Shown: positions 60,597 to 64,000 of the stretch, in pieces
How the letters are laid out: each line of letters begins with the position of its first letter
Numbering within the stretch: position 1 is the first letter of the stretch
From: a virus
Virus record (IMG/VR): IMGVR_UViG_3300042898_004347
Span: 1 to 64,000 of that record
DNA: 64,000 bases
Reading direction: 5' to 3' (one strand)
Notes under the pieces: generated by a model
Database searches by the model: none
Seen by the model: the letters and a program-made list of their open reading frames with translations, nothing else
Told to the model about the DNA's origin: nothing
Program-made: the position numbers and the translations under genes

Positions 60597-60826
60597 TTTA
60601 GTTTCTTACCGTAAAAAGCCCCGACCGCGCGGATTGCTGGTAATAAGCCTTCAAGGTATTTAAGTTCTTCGATGTAAACCCGCTTTCCGGATTTCTTTAC
60701 TTCCTTGCGAAGTTTTCGGATGTCCTCCGACATTAACGTATAATGGTCTTGAAGGTCATCTGCCACAATGTTATCCCATACCTCAATCTTAAGCTCAAAA
60801 TCCATCTGTAAAATCTTCTTTTTCAT
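60593..60826 (-). CDS. Hypothetical protein
   Basis: 77 aa; weakly resembles 55746..55970. Confidence 0.55.
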   Translation of the reverse strand: MKKKILQMDFELKIEVWDNIVADDLQDHYTLMSEDIRKLRKEVKKSGKRVYIEELKYLEGLLPAIRAVGAFYGKKLK

Positions 60827-60831
60827 ATTAA

Positions 60832-61056
60832 TCAGTACATTCCATCACCGGGTACATTCATATCAAGGTACTCTTTAAGTTCAATGTTTTCATAATACAG
60901 TTCTTCTAATCTTTGCGCGGCTTCAAATATGGCTGCATTGGCTACACCATCCTCACTCTGTATATCTTTTACGAGTATATACATGGCCTTTATTAGAGTT
61001 TCTGTGGATGATTTCACAGCTTCGTCCACTTTGTGCCAAGAAATAATCGTTGGCAT
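60832..61056 (-). CDS. Hypothetical protein
   Basis: DIQSEDGVANAAI.EAA.RL motif. Confidence 0.6.
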   Translation of the reverse strand: MPTIISWHKVDEAVKSSTETLIKAMYILVKDIQSEDGVANAAIFEAAQRLEELYYENIELKEYLDMNVPGDGMY

Positions 61057-61232
61057 AGTCTACGGAACCAATTCGGCATATGCTTTTTTTCATAGATAAA
61101 ACAGACCATTGTCCAATTATCTCCAAACACATCGCACTTATAGATGGGCTCCTTTGGCTTTGATATCGGCACACTGGTACTGTAAGTATAGTTTACGGTA
61201 TTGTCTGCGCGAGTTTCAGTTTTGTTATTCAT
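61014..61232 (-). CDS. Hypothetical protein
   Basis: PNWFRR..Q....G.KW motif. Confidence 0.6.
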   Translation of the reverse strand: MNNKTETRADNTVNYTYSTSVPISKPKEPIYKCDVFGDNWTMVCFIYEKKHMPNWFRRLCQRLFLGTKWTKL

Positions 61233-61237
61233 AAAAT

Positions 61238-61360
61238 TTAATCATAAAAACCGTCATCCTTGAGATCTTTTTTCATCTTGTCCGAAATATAACCAACGCA
61301 TACTACGCATATCAGTGATACCAACAGTATGATCCCAAGAACTATCAGGACTATTTTCAT
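61238..61360 (-). CDS. Small membrane protein (40 aa, below cutoff)
   Basis: MKIVLIVLGIILLVSLICVVCVGYISDKMKKDLKDDGFYD; ATGA overlap. Confidence 0.5.
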   Translation of the reverse strand: MKIVLIVLGIILLVSLICVVCVGYISDKMKKDLKDDGFYD

Positions 61361-61596
61361 TGCATGGTTTCTGTAAATATTGGCTTAAAACAATTAATCA
61401 CGCTATCTAACTCACTCCGCTGATCGTTGGTAAGAGCAATCTTATAGGAAAGTCCTCTCAATGAGGTGTAGGCAGAAAATGCAGCTGCAATTTGCAATGG
61501 CGAAATCTCCTGGATATTTTGCTTAATATCCGCTACTCGCTGTTCAGTCAGCCGAGTTTGTTTGTTGGAAAATGACCAGTCCTGAGATGAGCTCAT
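61357..61596 (-). CDS. Hypothetical protein
   Basis: 79-aa ORF in operon. Confidence 0.5.
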   Translation of the reverse strand: MSSSQDWSFSNKQTRLTEQRVADIKQNIQEISPLQIAAAFSAYTSLRGLSYKIALTNDQRSELDSVINCFKPIFTETMQ

Positions 61597-61600
61597 ATTT

Positions 61601-62095
61601 TTATTCGGTTACAAAAGTCACAATTTCTTGGATCATTTCTAAAGTAAGGTCCTGAGATTCATAGCCGTAATAGGGCTTAATGTTAAAATACTTCGGAACA
61701 GAATCTACTTCACGAAGGAATTCAATCTTGGAACGATTCTCGTGTCTCGGAAGATTGTCAATCAGATATGTCTGAGCATTCGGAAATTTTGACTTTCCAA
61801 TCACGCGATCTGCGATGTCCTTTCTATGGTAAATTTCGAATTCATCAAAGCCGAGTTCGAACACTTTATTCCAGCCTTCTGCATAATTCTGAACTGCAGC
61901 AGTAAGGATGTAACAGGGAGCAATCGCTCTCAGAGCCTTCAATAGTTCATGAACTCCTGGGCGGAGTACCGCCCGATAGGTATCGTTATGCTCAAGAGTA
62001 ATAACCTTAGAATTTTCGACAGGTTCATCGTTCCATGGATTACAGTGAATCAGTGTCTCGTCAAGATCGACAAAAATGTATTTGTTTTTTTCCAT
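61601..62095 (-). CDS. HAD-superfamily phosphatase (NIF/FCP1-like)
   Basis: FVDLDETLIH, LRPGV.ELL, ILTAA...YA, LIDN. Confidence 0.8.
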   Translation of the reverse strand: MEKNKYIFVDLDETLIHCNPWNDEPVENSKVITLEHNDTYRAVLRPGVHELLKALRAIAPCYILTAAVQNYAEGWNKVFELGFDEFEIYHRKDIADRVIGKSKFPNAQTYLIDNLPRHENRSKIEFLREVDSVPKYFNIKPYYGYESQDLTLEMIQEIVTFVTE

Positions 62096-62101
62096 AAAAG
62101 A

Positions 62102-62131
62102 ATACTACATTACTTATCAAAATTTGTAAAC
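62102..62131 (-). promoter_or_regulatory. Early promoter GTTTAC-18-TAGTAT (leaderless)
   Basis: 6 nt between -10 and ATG 62095. Confidence 0.65.
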
Positions 62132-62172
62132 AAAAAAGGCTCAATGAATTTATTTTTTTCATTGAGCCTTTT
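62132..62172 (-). terminator. Intrinsic terminator after tRNA-Ala
   Basis: AGGCTCAATGAA / TTCATTGAGCCT stem followed by U tract on - strand. Confidence 0.75.
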
Positions 62173-62175
62173 AAG

Positions 62176-62251
62176 TGGTGGACCAGACAGGGATCGAACC
62201 TGCGACCTTCTGCTTGCAAAGCAGCTTCTCTACCAACTGAGATACTAGCCC
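62176..62251 (-). tRNA. tRNA-Ala (TGC)
   Basis: 76-nt cloverleaf, G3:U70, TTCGA T-loop, encoded CCA. Confidence 0.95.
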
Positions 62252-62258
62252 GAATTAA

Positions 62259-62927
62259 TTAGAACTTGAGGGTAACAGCCGAACGGAGACCAACCGTGGT
62301 CTTGTCAAGATTACCGTCCTGGAGGACAACAAATCCAGCCGAGAGGACTTTCCATGAAGCATCAAGTGAACCGCCGTAGTAGGCATTGGTGTACTTGATT
62401 TCCTTGATGGTACGTGGGAGAGCATCATTTGCGTCGGTATAACCGGCAAATACTGCACCCGTGAGACCGCAGTTCTTACCAAACTTTACAGCCTGGGAGA
62501 ATTTAGCTTCAAGGTTTGAAAGGTCAGATTCAACATCGTAACGACCAGTAACGGACAATGGTCCTTTACCGACCGAAACGAATGGACGGAAGTGTCCATT
62601 TGAATCCTTACCTGGGCTATTCAACATCGAATACTCGGAGCCAACTTTTACGTTAGCAAGAGTCGAGAAGAATGTGTAACCACCAAGGAATTTGACCTGA
62701 TAGAAATCAACAGAATCAATACCGTTGAGATGGGTATCAGCTGATGCTCCAACATTAAAACTACCGATGGAATAGTCGACTGCAGTCACAGCGGATCCTT
62801 TTGCATCAGTAACTTTGCCAAAGTCAATTCCCTTTTCCTGGTAACCTACTGTAAGGGTTCCTGCCGCAAAAGCGGAAACGGAAGCAGTTAGAATTGCGAG
62901 TAACGTTAGTTTGATTAGTTTGTTCAT
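62259..62927 (-). CDS. Outer-membrane beta-barrel protein (porin-like)
   Basis: Signal peptide (VSAFA), alternating beta-strands with aromatic ends, C-terminal Phe (VTLKF). Confidence 0.75.
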   Translation of the reverse strand: MNKLIKLTLLAILTASVSAFAAGTLTVGYQEKGIDFGKVTDAKGSAVTAVDYSIGSFNVGASADTHLNGIDSVDFYQVKFLGGYTFFSTLANVKVGSEYSMLNSPGKDSNGHFRPFVSVGKGPLSVTGRYDVESDLSNLEAKFSQAVKFGKNCGLTGAVFAGYTDANDALPRTIKEIKYTNAYYGGSLDASWKVLSAGFVVLQDGNLDKTTVGLRSAVTLKF

Positions 62928-63013
62928 ACTTTACTATTTATCTTATTTTTCTCCACTTGAGTATTGCCCTGACCCTTTGGGCGGTGGAGTAATGCTCAGG
63001 TCAAACCGAAAAA

Positions 63014-63108
63014 TGAATCACGTGTAAGGCTCGAACTTACATCTTCAGTTTCGTTCAGGATGTACTTGTCCTGTAACACTGAAATCTTATCCTTTAGACG
63101 AACGTGAT
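63014..63108 (-). ncRNA. tRNA-like RNA with 28-nt hairpin-containing anticodon loop
   Basis: Acceptor ATCACGT/ACGTGAT, D GTCT/AGAT, anticodon stem TCAGT/ACTGA, T arm GTAAG-TTCGAGC-CTTAC. Confidence 0.8.
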
Positions 63109-63300
63109 TTTTACTACTTTGTGATCTTCTATAGCCTCGTATTACTGATCTATTTTTAGTTGCACCGCGTTTCGTCGAAGCGCGCGAGGTTCAGTTGACA
63201 AGAAGCTTTTGTGCTATCCATGGTTTCGCTAAATTTCCTAGGGGATTATCCCACTAGGAAAGTCAAAATTAAATGTAAAAGAACTGAATTAACTATCTCT

Positions 63301-63329
63301 ATCCTAACAAAGCTGCATCAAAAGTAAAC
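63301..63329 (-). promoter_or_regulatory. Early promoter GTTTAC-17-TAGGAT driving non-coding region
   Basis: Same promoter family; no long ORF downstream. Confidence 0.7.
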
Positions 63330-63337
63330 AACAAAAA

Positions 63338-63574
63338 TCACTTTTTGTGCAATTCAATGAGTTTATCTAAAATGTAAAGAGCCAGTTGAAAACTTCCAGC
63401 ATCGATTGCTGCAATTAGTTCTTTTTTCAAATTGTGGACCTTTTCAGCGTTGGTCCACGCATCCATGCTATACGCAAGGGAATTCGGTGAGAGTGGAGAG
63501 TTATTTGCGTATGCCGTAGCAACCGTCTTCATGGACGGATTCATTGCCATTGGCTGTACAGGTGCTATCTCCAT
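63338..63574 (-). CDS. Hypothetical protein
   Basis: 78 aa; CATAAATA late-promoter variant at 63580-63587. Confidence 0.55.
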   Translation of the reverse strand: MEIAPVQPMAMNPSMKTVATAYANNSPLSPNSLAYSMDAWTNAEKVHNLKKELIAAIDAGSFQLALYILDKLIELHKK

Positions 63575-63606
63575 CTATCTATTTATGGTATCGTAACACT
63601 TAGAGG

Positions 63607-63683
63607 TGGTGCTCATTGTAGGACTCGAACCTACGACCTATTGAATGTAAATCAATTGCTCTAACCAACTGAGCTAAACGAGC
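63607..63683 (-). tRNA. tRNA-Val (TAC)
   Basis: 77-nt cloverleaf, ATTGA-TT TAC AT-TCAAT, encoded CCA. Confidence 0.92.
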
Positions 63684-63695
63684 ATAAATAACACT

Positions 63696-63875
63696 ATGAA
63701 ACTCAAATTTTGCGATTATACCTTTACCCTAATGTCGAATGGTGATATTGTCATGGATGACGCAATCACTGCAGATAAACTTGAAGTTAAATCTGGGGAT
63801 TTATTTGAAACTGTTATTACCCCGGATGGGGTCGTAGTATTTCAAAAGAAAAATGGTGGACCTGAGGGGAGTTGA
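63696..63875 (+). CDS. Small hypothetical protein (59 aa, below cutoff), possibly AbrB-like
   Basis: CATAAATA at 63683-63690 then MKLKFCDYTFTLMSNGDIVMDDAITADKLEVKSGDLFETVITPDGVVVFQKK... Confidence 0.5.
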   Translation: MKLKFCDYTFTLMSNGDIVMDDAITADKLEVKSGDLFETVITPDGVVVFQKKNGGPEGS

Positions 63876-64000
63876 ACCCCTGTGTTCAGTACTTTTCCGA
63901 TAATTTTCTACAAGCTTAGTATTACTTAACAGTCCCCATGATACCGTAATACTGTATCATGATTGTTTTAGTGAGGATACGCATCTTGTACACCACTTCA
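63854..64000 (-). ncRNA. ssrA: tmRNA, 3' portion (partial)
   Basis: TAAGCTTGTAG...AGGGGTTCAACTCCCCTCAGGTCCACCA matches the tmRNA 3' pattern (Ala-type acceptor, T arm, no D/anticodon arm at tRNA spacing). Confidence 0.85.

Noticed and set aside
1-64000. Stop-codon reassignment
   Set aside because: Core genes are full length in code 11 and end in TAA, TGA and TAG; no suppressor tRNA seen

Overview
A 64-kb segment of a large T4-like myovirus genome (standard genetic code) infecting a diderm bacterium. Left to right: (1) 1-20.4 kb, tail-fibre region with proline-poor Gly-X-Gln collagen-like fibres carrying C-terminal chaperone domains, interrupted by a glycosyltransferase/methyltransferase/propeller cassette; (2) 20.4-41.7 kb, T4-like baseplate and tail module (DUF4815-type protein, gp8, gp7-like, gp6, gp25, gp5, gp27-like, gp53, gp48, gp4, gp2, gp19/54-like, gp26, gp51, tape measure); (3) 41.7-47 kb, gp32, gp59, gp33 and early genes; (4) 47.0-53.3 kb, one tightly coupled operon encoding CsgF, CsgG, a curlin-like secreted protein, a FecR-domain protein and a CHASE2 class III adenylate cyclase (best candidate for a novel system); (5) 53.4-62.1 kb, a spanin-like lipoprotein, DNA ligase and many small early genes behind repeated sigma70-type, apparently leaderless promoters; (6) 62.1-64 kb, tRNA-Ala, an outer-membrane beta-barrel, a tRNA-like RNA with a hairpin replacing the anticodon loop, tRNA-Val and the 3' end of a tmRNA. 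Also notable: a slippery heptamer plus 12-bp stem predicting a -1 frameshift that fuses gp26 to gp51 just upstream of the tape measure gene. All family calls come from motif recognition and synteny; no searches were run.
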